From an uncultured Solirubrobacterales bacterium (GTDB lineage Bacteria; Actinomycetota; Thermoleophilia; Solirubrobacterales; 70-9), in contig CAWBLE010000013.1 of NCBI GenBank assembly GCA_963789505.1, positions 13,159 to 77,158 on the forward strand: DNA of 64,000 nucleotides, in the 5' to 3' direction. The position numbers were made by a program, and so were the translations under genes. The notes beneath the pieces were generated by a model. The model searched no databases. It saw only the letters and a list, made by a program, of their open reading frames with translations, and was not told where the DNA came from. Positions 18,622 to 29,780 of the stretch are shown here, piece by piece. The number at the start of each line of letters is the position of its first letter. The first letter of the stretch is position 1.

Positions 18622-19806
18622 GTGCCCGTCCCTGAGGTCACCGAGCAAGCCTCGTCCGACGCTTCGGCGGTCCGCTACGAGAACGCGACCAAGCGCTACG
18701 GCGACTCCGCCGAGGCCGCCGTCGACGGCCTCACCCTCGAGGTTCCGGCGGGCGAGGTCTGCGTCCTGGTCGGCCCTTCGGGCTGCGGCAAGACGACCGC
18801 GATGCGGCTGGTCAACCGCATGGTCGAGCTGAGCGAGGGCGACGTCACGATCGGCGGCGAGTCGGTGCGCGACCGCGAGCCGGCGCGGCTGCGCCGCGAG
18901 ACCGGCTATGTGATCCAACAGATCGGCCTCTTCCCGCACCGCACGGTCAGCGAGAACATCGGCGCCGTGCCACAGCTGCTCGGCTGGAAGAAGGACCGGA
19001 TCCGCGCCCGCGCCACCGAACTGCTCGAGCTGATCGGGCTCGACCCGGCGCTCGGCGAGCGCTACCCGGCGCAGCTCTCGGGTGGCCAGCAGCAGCGCGT
19101 CGGCGTCGCCCGAGCGCTCGCCGCCGACCCCTTGGTGATGCTGATGGACGAGCCCTTCGGCGCGATCGACCCGATCAACCGCGAGCGGCTGCAGAACGAG
19201 TTCCTGCGCCTGCAGGCGGAGATCCGCAAGACCGTCCTCTTCGTCACCCACGACATCGACGAGGCGATCAAGATGGGCGACCGGATCGCGGTCATGCGCG
19301 AGGGCGGCCACGTCGCCCAGTACGCGACCCCGGCCGAGCTGCTGATGGCCCCCGCCGACGAGTTCGTCGAGGACTTCGTCGGCGCCGACCGGGCGCTGAA
19401 GCGGCTGGCGCTGATGAGGGTCGCCGACATCGACCTCTGGGAGGCGCCGCTCGCCCACATCGGCCAGGCGACCGCCGAGGTGCGGGCGAAGCTCGCGGGC
19501 GCCGAGGTCCCGTACCCGCTGCTGGTCGACTCCGAGCGGCGCCCGCTGGGCTGGCTCTCCGAGCGCGACCTCGCGGCCGAGACGGTGCCGGCCAAGCCCG
19601 ATTCGCCGCTCGGACCGCTGCTCGACCGCGACGACGTGATGCGCGACGCGCTCGCCGACCTGTTGCAGGGCGAGGCCCAGTACGCCGCCGTCGCCGACCG
19701 CTCCGGCCGCATCGACGGCGTGCTCTCGGTCGAGATCATCTCCGAGTTCCTCGGCTCGCCGGCGGCGAAGGCCGAGGAGCACAGCGCCGCGGAGCGCCCC
19801 CAGTGA
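18622..19806 (+). CDS. Glycine betaine/carnitine/choline-type ABC transporter ATP-binding protein with C-terminal CBS domains.
   Basis: Walker A GPSGCGKTT, signature LSGGQQQRV, Walker B LLMDEPFGAID, and a roughly 130-aa CBS-like C-terminus. Confidence 0.8.
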   Translation: MPVPEVTEQASSDASAVRYENATKRYGDSAEAAVDGLTLEVPAGEVCVLVGPSGCGKTTAMRLVNRMVELSEGDVTIGGESVRDREPARLRRETGYVIQQIGLFPHRTVSENIGAVPQLLGWKKDRIRARATELLELIGLDPALGERYPAQLSGGQQQRVGVARALAADPLVMLMDEPFGAIDPINRERLQNEFLRLQAEIRKTVLFVTHDIDEAIKMGDRIAVMREGGHVAQYATPAELLMAPADEFVEDFVGADRALKRLALMRVADIDLWEAPLAHIGQATAEVRAKLAGAEVPYPLLVDSERRPLGWLSERDLAAETVPAKPDSPLGPLLDRDDVMRDALADLLQGEAQYAAVADRSGRIDGVLSVEIISEFLGSPAAKAEEHSAAERPQ

Positions 19807-20549
19807 ACGCCGCGGCGCTGGCGCTGCCGTTGGCCAGCGTCGGCGAAGTCGGCGAGGGCTTCTTCCAGGAACGAAGCTCCGAGACGCTGCCCTGCCAGGC
19901 GACCGACAAGCTCTTCTGCTTCGGCTGGGCGGAGGAAAACATCGGCCGCTTCGGCACGCCGACCGTGCAGCACCTCGAACTGGTCGCGATCTCGGTCGTG
20001 ATCGGGTTCGCGATCGCCTTCGCCTTCGCCCTGCTCGCCCACCGCCGCCCCTGGCTGCGCCCGCCGCTGCTGGCCGGCACCGGCGTCCTCTACACGATCC
20101 CCAGCATCGCCTTCTTCTTCCTGCTGCTGCCGCTCACCGGGCGCAGCCGCGAGACGGCGATCATCGCGCTCAGCGCCTACACGCTGCAGATCATCTACCG
20201 CAACACGATGACCGGCCTCGCCAACGTGCCGTCCGCGGTCAAGGACGCCGCCCGTGGCATGGGCCTGACCGAGCGCCAGGTGCTCTGGAAGGTCGAGTTG
20301 CCGCTGGCGACGCCGGAGATCGTCGCCGGGCTGCGCATCGCGACGGTCAGCACGGTCGCGATCGCGACCCTCGCCGTCTTCGCCGGCGGCGGCGGCCTCG
20401 GCACCCAGATCTACGGCGGCGGCAACATCGACTTCGCGACCAGCATCATCATCGCCGGCGGGATCGCGATCCTGATCGCGCTCAGCTTCGACGCGGCGCT
20501 GCTGCTGACCCAGCGACGGATCACGCGCTGGCGCAGGGCGGCACAGTGA
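19803..20549 (+). CDS. ABC transporter permease (OpuC/OpuB type).
   Basis: 248-aa membrane ORF coupled to its neighbours by overlapping stop and start. BPD-transporter loop ...AARGMGLTERQVLWKVELPLA... Confidence 0.75.
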   Translation: MNAAALALPLASVGEVGEGFFQERSSETLPCQATDKLFCFGWAEENIGRFGTPTVQHLELVAISVVIGFAIAFAFALLAHRRPWLRPPLLAGTGVLYTIPSIAFFFLLLPLTGRSRETAIIALSAYTLQIIYRNTMTGLANVPSAVKDAARGMGLTERQVLWKVELPLATPEIVAGLRIATVSTVAIATLAVFAGGGGLGTQIYGGGNIDFATSIIIAGGIAILIALSFDAALLLTQRRITRWRRAAQ

Positions 20550-21256
20550 CGGGGCCCCTCCCGCTCGCCTCCTTCGGCGGCGCGATCGAATTCATCTTCA
20601 CGCCGCAGAGCTCGAACGTGACCGGCGGCAAGACCGTCGGCGGCCTCTCGCAGGTGATCGAACTGACCCTGACCCAGCTCGAGGTGACGCTGCTGGCGCT
20701 GGCGCTCTCGCTGGTCGTGGCGCTGCCGATCGGGCTCTACCTCGGCCACAGGGGCAGCGGCGAGTTCTTCGCGATCGGGATCGGCAACGCCGGCCGCGCG
20801 GTGCCCGAGCTGGCGCTGATCGCGCTGATGGCGGCGGCGATCGGGGTCGGCGTGCTCAACCTGACGATCGCCCTCGCCGTGCTCGGCGTGCCGCCGATCC
20901 TGACCAACGCCTACGTCGGCATCAGCCAGGTCGACCGGGCCAGCGTCGACGCGGCGCGCGGGATGGGGATGAGCGAGCTGGGGATCCTGCGCCGGGTCGA
21001 GGTTCCGCTGGCGATCCCGACGATCTTCAGCGGCATCCGCGGAGCCACGATCGCGATAGTGGCGACGGCGACGATCGCGCCGCTGGCGGGGGTTCTGACC
21101 CTCGGCGATTTCATCATCAACCAGAACGTCTACGGCGACGACGGCGTGATCGCGGGGGCGATGCTGGTTGCGCTGCTGGCGCTCGCGCTCGAGCTCTCGC
21201 TCGCCGCGCTGCAACGGGCGCTCACCTCGCAGGGCTTGAAGGTGAGCGCCGCCTGA
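20546..21256 (+). CDS. ABC transporter permease (second permease of the opuC-type system).
   Basis: 236 aa: ...AARGMGMSELGILRRVEVPLAIPTIFSGIR... Confidence 0.75.
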   Translation: MTGPLPLASFGGAIEFIFTPQSSNVTGGKTVGGLSQVIELTLTQLEVTLLALALSLVVALPIGLYLGHRGSGEFFAIGIGNAGRAVPELALIALMAAAIGVGVLNLTIALAVLGVPPILTNAYVGISQVDRASVDAARGMGMSELGILRRVEVPLAIPTIFSGIRGATIAIVATATIAPLAGVLTLGDFIINQNVYGDDGVIAGAMLVALLALALELSLAALQRALTSQGLKVSAA

Positions 21257-21306
21257 CCGGGTATGAGTTTGACCGCATCAACACACCGAAAAGAGAGGAA
21301 CCACCA

Positions 21307-22290
21307 GTGAGAACCACGACCAGAGGCGCCCGGGCAGCGGTAGCGGTGCTGCTTGCGCTCCTCCTCAGTCTCGGCGTCGCCGCCTGCGGCTCGAGCAGCG
21401 ACGACAGCGGCAGCGAAGGCGACGGGGGCGGCGGCGCGATCGTCTCCAACCCCGAAAACGGGAGCGTCAGCCTGACGATCGGCTCGAAGAACTTCCCCGA
21501 ACAGGAAATCCTCGGGGAAATCTACGCGCAGGCGCTCAAGGCGGCCGGCTACAAGGTCAAGAGCGACCTCAACCTCGGCTCCGAAACCGTCGCCCACCAG
21601 GCCGTCAAGTCCGGCGCGATCTCCGGCTACCCGGAGTACGCGAGCACGGCGCTGACCTCGTTCTTCGGAGTCGAACCCGAAGAAGTCCCGGCCGAAGCAG
21701 GCCCCGCTGCGGAAAAGGCCAACGAAGAATTCGAAGCCGAAGGGCTGACCTCGTTCCCGCCGACGCCGTTCGCCAGCGCCAACGCCGTCGGCACGCTGAA
21801 GACGACCGCCGAAGAACGGGATCTGAAGACGATCTCCGACCTCGAAGGCCAGTCCGAAGAAATGACGCTCGACGGCTCGCCCGAGTGCCGCCAGCGGATC
21901 GACTGCCTGGCCGGGCTCGAAAAGTACTACGGGCTCAAGTTCAAGAAGTTCACCCCGGTCGACATCGGTCTGCGCTACACCGTGCTCGAAAAGGGCCAGG
22001 CCGACCTCTCGATCCTGTTCACGACCGATCCGCAGCTGGCCGCGGAGAAGGACAAGTTCGTGATCCTCGAAGACGACAAGGAAGTCTTCCCCGCGGGCAA
22101 CGTCATCTTCGTGACCAAGCAGTCGACCGCCGAAAAGGCCGGTCCGGACTACGAAAGCACGATCGTCGAAGTCCAGAAGGGCCTGACCCTGCCGGTGATG
22201 CAGGAGCTCGACGCCCGGGTCGAACTCGAAAAGCAGTCGCCCGCCAAGGCGGCCGCCTCCTACCTGAAGGAAGCCGGCTACACCGGCTGA
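21307..22290 (+). CDS. Glycine betaine/compatible-solute ABC transporter substrate-binding lipoprotein.
   Basis: Lipobox LGVAACGSSS, then ...LTIGSKNFPEQEILGEIYAQALKAAGYKV... Confidence 0.75.
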   Translation: MRTTTRGARAAVAVLLALLLSLGVAACGSSSDDSGSEGDGGGGAIVSNPENGSVSLTIGSKNFPEQEILGEIYAQALKAAGYKVKSDLNLGSETVAHQAVKSGAISGYPEYASTALTSFFGVEPEEVPAEAGPAAEKANEEFEAEGLTSFPPTPFASANAVGTLKTTAEERDLKTISDLEGQSEEMTLDGSPECRQRIDCLAGLEKYYGLKFKKFTPVDIGLRYTVLEKGQADLSILFTTDPQLAAEKDKFVILEDDKEVFPAGNVIFVTKQSTAEKAGPDYESTIVEVQKGLTLPVMQELDARVELEKQSPAKAAASYLKEAGYTG

Positions 22291-22293
22291 GCC

Positions 22294-23556
22294 TCAGCCG
22301 GCCAGAGCGCGTTCGCTGTTTGTTGCCCTGTGCGTAACAAGCGGCGAACGCGCCTCGATCCTGGCGAAGGCGACGCGGGCGGCCCAGGCCGCCGAGAGGC
22401 CGGCGACCGCCGCCAGCAGCAGCGCCACGCGCGGGTCGTAGGCCTGTGAGAGCCAGCCGGTCAGCGGGCCGCCGATCGGGGTCGAGCCGAGGAAGACGAC
22501 CGAGTAGAGCGCCATCACGCGCCCCCGCATCGCCGGCTCGACCGCGAGCTGCAGGGTCGAGTTGATGCTGGCCGCGAAGGTGACGGCGGCGGCGCCGAGC
22601 AGGGCCAGCATCGGGATCTCGAAGGCGAGCGTCGGCATCGCCGCGGCGAGCAGCGCGGTGGCGCCGAAGGCGAGGGCCGCGGCGGCGATCAGGCGCGGGC
22701 CGGTGCGACCGTGGGCGCCGGTTACGAGGGCGCCGGCGACCGAGCCGACCCCCATCGCGCTGACCAGCGCCGCGTAGGCGCCGGCGCCGCCGTCGAAGCT
22801 GAACGTGGCGAGCAGCGGGATCACGACCTGGAAGTTGAAGCCGAAGGTGCCGACCAACGCCATCAGCGCCAGCGGAACCGCCAGTTCGGGAGTGCGGCGC
22901 ACGTAGCGCAGCCCGGCCCGGATCGCGCCGGGCTCGCGGCCGCTGGTCGGGGGCGCGGAGAGCCGCCTCGTGTCCATCCCCCAGAGCGCGACGACCATCA
23001 CCGCGAAGCTGGCGACGTTGACGGCGAAGCAGGGCACGACGCCGAGCGTGGCGATCATCACGCCGGCCAGCGCCGGGCCGAGGATCCGCGCCGACTGAAC
23101 GAGGACGCTGTTGAGGCTAACCGCGTTGACGACCCGGTCGGGGCCGACCATCTCGATCACGAAGCTCTGCCGAGTCGGGTTGTCGACCGCGTTGACGGCG
23201 CCGCGGCTGAGCGCCGCGAGGTAGACCATCGCGGGGGTGACGATGCCGGCGGCGCTGACCGCGAGCAGGCCGATCGCCGGCAGCGCCATCAGCACCTGGG
23301 TGGCGATCAGCAGCTTGCGCTTGTCAAAGCGGTCGGCGAGCAGCCCGCCCCAGGCGCCGAAGAGCAGCATCGGCAGGAACTGCAGCGCCGTGGTCAGGCC
23401 GACGGCGAAGCCGCTGCCGGTGAGGCTGAGCACGAGCCAGACCGAGGCAACCATCTGCGCCCAGTTGCCCGAGAGCGAGACGAGTTGGCCGAAGAAGTAA
23501 CGGCGGTAGTTGGGGACGGAGAGGGAGCCGAAGCTGCGCCGGACCGCGGCGCTCAC
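22294..23556 (-). CDS. MFS transporter (EntS/MFS_3-like).
   Basis: 420-aa 12-TM type ORF with ...LLADRFDKRKLL... Its start overlaps the marR-type gene stop. Confidence 0.75.
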   Translation of the reverse strand: MSAAVRRSFGSLSVPNYRRYFFGQLVSLSGNWAQMVASVWLVLSLTGSGFAVGLTTALQFLPMLLFGAWGGLLADRFDKRKLLIATQVLMALPAIGLLAVSAAGIVTPAMVYLAALSRGAVNAVDNPTRQSFVIEMVGPDRVVNAVSLNSVLVQSARILGPALAGVMIATLGVVPCFAVNVASFAVMVVALWGMDTRRLSAPPTSGREPGAIRAGLRYVRRTPELAVPLALMALVGTFGFNFQVVIPLLATFSFDGGAGAYAALVSAMGVGSVAGALVTGAHGRTGPRLIAAAALAFGATALLAAAMPTLAFEIPMLALLGAAAVTFAASINSTLQLAVEPAMRGRVMALYSVVFLGSTPIGGPLTGWLSQAYDPRVALLLAAVAGLSAAWAARVAFARIEARSPLVTHRATNSERALAG

Positions 23557-24008
23557 CGGCGCTCGTCCTCGAGGATCCGCTCGAGGATCCCCGCGGCGCG
23601 GTCGAGCGTCTCCAGATCCGCGGCGGGCAAGTCGCGCATGCGTCGCGCCAGGTAGGCGTTCTTGCGCCCGCGCAGGCGGCGCAGCCGCTCGCGGCCCTCG
23701 GCGGTGATGCTGACCAGAGCGCTGCGCCCGTCCTCGGGGTCGGGTGCGCGCTCGACCAGGCCGGCGTCGCCGAGCACGCCGAGCGTGCGCGTCGCCGTCG
23801 GCCGCTTGACCCGCTCGATCTTCGCCAGCTCGCTCGGCGTCAAGGGCCCGTGCCGCTCGACCGTCGCCAGCGCCGCCGCCGCGGTCGGGGTCAGCTGCCC
23901 GACCGTCCCGGCCGCCTCCTGGCGCAGCCGTCGCGAGGTCCGCACGATTGCCATCCGCAGGCGCGAAGCCGAGTCGGTGAGCGTCGTGTCGGTGTCAACC
24001 AAAGTCAT
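23553..24008 (-). CDS. MarR family transcriptional regulator.
   Basis: 151 aa: ...LTPTAAAALATVERHGPLTPSELAKIERVKRPTATRTLGVLGDAGLVER...DGRSALVSITAEG... Confidence 0.8.
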   Translation of the reverse strand: MTLVDTDTTLTDSASRLRMAIVRTSRRLRQEAAGTVGQLTPTAAAALATVERHGPLTPSELAKIERVKRPTATRTLGVLGDAGLVERAPDPEDGRSALVSITAEGRERLRRLRGRKNAYLARRMRDLPAADLETLDRAAGILERILEDERR

Positions 24009-24038
24009 TAGCCTTGATAATTAGCTTAGCAAACCACC

Positions 24039-24093
24039 TTCCGGTGCGCCTTTCCTACCGATGCGGTGGGAAAGGCGCACCGGAACAGGTAGG
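24039..24093. repeat. Palindromic repeat family B, copy 1 (17-bp perfect arms, 13-nt spacer).
   Basis: ttccggtgcgcctttcc taccgatgcggtg ggaaaggcgcaccggaa. It is 31 nt upstream of the marR start and about 40 nt upstream of the channel ATG. Identical arms recur at 44754-44800. Confidence 0.85.
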
Positions 24094-24124
24094 CACGCGG
24101 CGGGCGGCGTCGAAGTAGGCGCGG

Positions 24125-24780
24125 ATGAGCTACGAGCCGGGGATGGACGCGCGCAGCACGCGCGTGGCGGAAGTTCTCAACACGCCGATGCTGATCGCCT
24201 CGGCGCTGACGATCCCGGCGGTGGCGATCAACGAGTCGCACCCGGGCGGCGCTGCTGGAGGACGGTCGCGCGGACGCTCAACTGGGTGATCTGGCTCGCC
24301 TTCCTGCGTCGAGCTGGTCGTGATGCTCGCCGTCGTGCCGCGGCGCTGGGCTGGCTCAGGCACCACCCGCTCGACCTGATCATCGTCGTCTTCACCCCGC
24401 CGGTGCTGCCGCCCCGGCCTGCAGAGCCTGCGCGTGCTGCGCCTGCTGCGACTGCTGCGACTGCTCCGCCTCGCCCAGCTCTCGCGCCAGGTCTTCTCGC
24501 TGCGTGGCCTGCACTACGCGGCGCTGCTCGCGATCCTGACCGCGGTCGCCGGCGGCGCCCTCTTCGTCGGCTTCGAGAAGCAAAACCAGCATCTCAACGC
24601 CTGGGACGGGATCTACTGGGCGATCACGACGATGACCACGGTCGGGTCGGACATCTACCCGACGACGACCGGCGGCGAGGTCGTCCGGTGACCGTCGCCC
24701 TCGTCGGCATCTCCTTCCTCGCCCTGCTGACCGGCGCGATCGCCCAGCGCTTCCTAGCCGGCGAACCGGATCCCGACTGA
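24125..24780 (+). pseudogene. Voltage-sensor-containing potassium/ion channel, interrupted by at least 5 frameshifts as sequenced.
   Basis: Pieces: MSYEPGMDARSTRVAEVLNTPMLIASALTIPAV..., [44 protein letters not shown]4-like [19 protein letters not shown], pore [42 protein letters not shown]. Confidence 0.7.
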
Positions 24781-24783
24781 CGC

Positions 24784-26777
<1,994 letters not shown>

Positions 26778-26851
26778 CGCGCTCCTTCCGTGGCCGCTAC
26801 GCTTGACGGGGAACGCTACCCCTTCAACGTTCCACAGCAAACTGAGACGCC

Positions 26852-28286
26852 ATGCTCTTTCGCCAGATCATCCACGAGGACCTCGGCTGCGCCTCCTACC
26901 TGGTCGGCGACTCGGGGGCCGGCGTCGCCGCGGTGGTCGACCCGCAGTGGGACATCGACCCCTACCTCAACCTCGCCCGCCTGCACGGGGTGCGGATCGA
27001 GCACGTGCTGGAGACGCACAACCACGCCGACCACGTCTCCGGCCACGGCCGGCTGGCGCGGGCGACCGGGGCGACGATCCACGTCAGCGAGCTGGCCGAG
27101 GCCGAGTACGAGCACGACCCGATCGCCGACGGCTGGACGCTGGCGCTCGGCGAGGGCGTGACGATCGAGGCGATCCACACGCCGGGCCACCGGCCCGAGC
27201 ACACCTCCTTCCTGCTGCGCGACGCCGAGCGCGGCGGCGACCCGGTCGCGGTGCTGAGCGGCGACTCGCTGTTCGTCGGCGACGTCGCCCGCCCCGACCT
27301 CGCGGTCGAGCCGCGCGAGGGCGCCGCCGGGATCTTCCGCTCGCTGCACGAGCGGCTGCTCTCGCTGCCCGACGAGGTCGAGGTCTGGCCGGGGCACCTC
27401 GGCGGCTCGCTCTGCGGCAGCTCCGGGATCGACCTCAAGACCTCCTCGACGATCGGCTTCGAGCGCCGCCACAACCGGGCGCTGGCGATCGCCGACGAAG
27501 CCGACTTCATCGAGGACGCGGTGGCCAGCATCGGCGAGCGGCCGCCCAACGTCGAGCACATCGTCGCGCTCAACCGCGGCCCGCTGGTCGAGTCGATCGG
27601 CGCGCCGGCGCGGCTCACCCCGCGGCGCTTCGAGGCGGCGATCGCCGCCGGCGCCTACGCGGTCGACTCGCGCACCAACGAGCAGTTCGACGAGGCCCAC
27701 ATCCCCGGCGCGATCAGCGCCTCCGGCTACGACACCGGCTTCGCGACCAAGGTCGCCCAGGTCGTGCCGCCCGACGGCGAGGTGGTCGTCGTCGCCGCCT
27801 CGGACGGCAACGAGCTCGAGGCGGCGGAGCTGCTCGCCGCGGTCGGGCTGGCGGTGCGCGGCTTCCTCGGCGGCGGGATGAGCGCCTGGCGGGCCGAGGA
27901 ACGGCCGGTCGAGCGGATCGAGCCGATCGGGCCGGGCGACCTGGCGGGGCTGCTGGAGGGCGAGGAGCCGCCGCTGGTGCTCGACGTGCGCGGCGCGAGC
28001 GAGTACGAGGACGGCCACATCGAGGGCTCGCTGCACATCCCCTACGGCGAGCTGGCGCGGCGGCTCGACGAGCTGCCGCGCGACCGCGCCGCTGGCGACG
28101 ATCTGCAAGGGCGGCAAACGCAGCGGGCTGGCGGCGTCGGTGCTGCAGCGCGAGGGGTTCGAGACGATCCACGTCGCCTACGGCGGGGTCGGGACTTGGC
28201 AGGACGAAGGGCGGCCGGTGGAGACGGCGTGCCGCCGTCGCTTGGGTCGGCGCGCGGGAGGCGATCCCGGTAGGGGTTCCACTTAA
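26852..28286 (+). CDS. MBL-fold hydrolase fused to rhodanese domains (persulfide dioxygenase-like). One apparent frameshift near 28090.
   Basis: ...VLETHNHADHVSGH...HTPGHRPEH... plus two rhodanese-like modules. After ELPRDR the frame shifts to ...ATICKGGKRSGLAASVLQREGFETIHVAYGGVGTWQDEGRPVETA... The stop in that frame (28284-28286) lies inside repeat A. Confidence 0.75.
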
Positions 28287-28372
28287 CTTTTTTGATGGGT
28301 CGGGGTTGGGCTGACGCCCGTTTCGCTCGACAAAAAAGTACAAGACGTTCCACCCCTACCGGGATCGCCTCC
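28257..28372. repeat. Palindromic repeat family A, full copy (116 bp, 21-bp perfect terminal inverted repeats).
   Basis: ggaggcgatcccggtaggggt ... acccctaccgggatcgcctcc. The interior tccacttaacttttttgatgggtcggggttgggctgacgcccgtttcgctcgacaaaaaagtacaagacgttcc also has internal pairing acttttttg/caaaaaagt. Confidence 0.85.
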
Positions 28373-29727
28373 ATCGGGTGCGACGCGATGGGACTAGGCG
28401 GAGCGCGTGCGCGGGACGGCTCGAGACGTCGGCTGCGAATGAGGCTGCGAGGGACCCCGCGTCGGCTTGCTCTAGGGAGCTTATGGTGACTCGGATCGCT
28501 GGATCGGCTTCGAGGCGGAAGGGGGCGCCGGGCATTACCGCCCAGCCGTCGCCTGCAGGGCTTGCACGGTGCTCGGTCTCGTCTGGGACCGGGATCCAGA
28601 CGTTCAGGCCGCTTCGGGAGTCGGCCTCGATGCCGCGGTCGGCGAGGGCTGCGACGAAGGACTCGCGGCGTTTGGCGTAGGTCTCGGTCGGCGCGCGTCG
28701 AGCTGGCGGTCGACGTCGTTGTCGGCCAGCAGCTCCGCCGCGGTGCGCTGGAGCAGGTGGCTCACCCAGCCGGGGCCGACCGTCTGGCGGCCGCGGACCC
28801 GGTTGATCGTGTGGGGGTCGCCGGCGAGGACGGCGAGGCGGAGGTCGGGGCCGAGCGACTTGGCGAGCGAGCGGGCGGCCGCCCAGCGGCGGCGGCCGGC
28901 GGTGAGGGTGACGCGGGGCGTGCCGGCGATCGGGCCGAGGTGGTCGTCCTCGAGCAGCATCGACGTCGGGGTGGCGGTCGAGGACGGCGCGCAGCGCCGC
29001 CGCCCGCTCCTCGTCCAGCGAGGCGCCGGTGGGGTTCTGGCCGCGCGGGTTGACGACGACCGCGGCGACGCCTTCGTCGAGCGCCCGGCGAGCGCCGCCG
29101 GCGAGTCATCCCCCGGCCGTCGATCGCCACCGGGCGCAGCGCGTAGCCGTTGGCGCGCAGCAGGTGGAGCAGGCCGGCGAAGCCCGGGTCCTCGACCGCG
29201 ATCGCGTCGCCGGGGCGCAGCCGCGCCGCGAGCGCCCGCTCGATCCCGTCGAGCGCGCCGCTGACCACCGCCAGGCTCGGCGGCCTCGATCCCGTCGCGC
29301 TCGAGCTCGGCGCCGCACCAGCTCGAGCAGGCGCGGGTCCGCCGGGTCGCCGCCGTAGAGCTGGCGCGGCGGCTCGATCCGCCGCAGGACCGGCGCCAGG
29401 TCGGGCAGCAGGCCGCGGATCGGGGTTGCCGCTCGCCAGGTCGCGCGCGCCCTCGAGCGCCCCCGAGGCCCGACCAGGCGCCGGCGACCGGCGGGCGCCA
29501 GCTGACCTGGGCGCCGCTGCGCGCCTGGGTGACGACGAGCCCGCGCGAGCGCAGCTCCTTGAAGGCGGCGGCGACCGTGGTCGGGCTGACCCCGAGCTCG
29601 GCGGCGAGCGTGCGCACCGGCGGGCAGCGGCGACCCCGGCCCCAGCTCGCCGCTCTCGATCCCGCGCTCGACGCTGGCGGCGATCTCCGCTGCGCTGTCC
29701 CCCTCGATCCGATACTGTGTCAGTTCA
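28356..29727 (-). pseudogene. MocR/PdxR-type regulator (GntR HTH fused to an aminotransferase-like domain), interrupted by about 8 frameshifts as sequenced. The start codon is unresolved.
   Basis: Pieces: YRIEGDSAAEIAASVERGIESGELGPGSPLP / VRTLAAELGVSPTTVAAAFKELRSRGLVV / LLPDLAPVLRRIEPPRQLYGGDPADPRLLELV / VVSGALDGIERALAARLRPGDAIAVEDPGFAGLLHLLRANGYALRPVAID / MLLEDDHLGPIAG...SLAKSLGPDLRLAVLAG / ETYAKRRESFVAALADRGIEADSRSGLNVWIPV... Confidence 0.75.
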
Positions 29728-29780
29728 GAGGTAATATTTGTACTGTAACAGTTTGAGAGAGAGCGAGAGAAGGAGCCGCG

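Noticed and set aside
24009-24034. AT-rich ttagc-repeat stretch (attagccttgataattagcttagcaa) as a defined MarR operator.
   Set aside because: It is plausibly a promoter or operator for marR, but I could not define a clean palindrome. The stronger candidate site nearby is the family B inverted repeat.
24420-24475. 9-nt periodic ctgcgNctg repeat.
   Set aside because: It encodes the (R-L-L)n S4 voltage-sensor helix of the channel gene.
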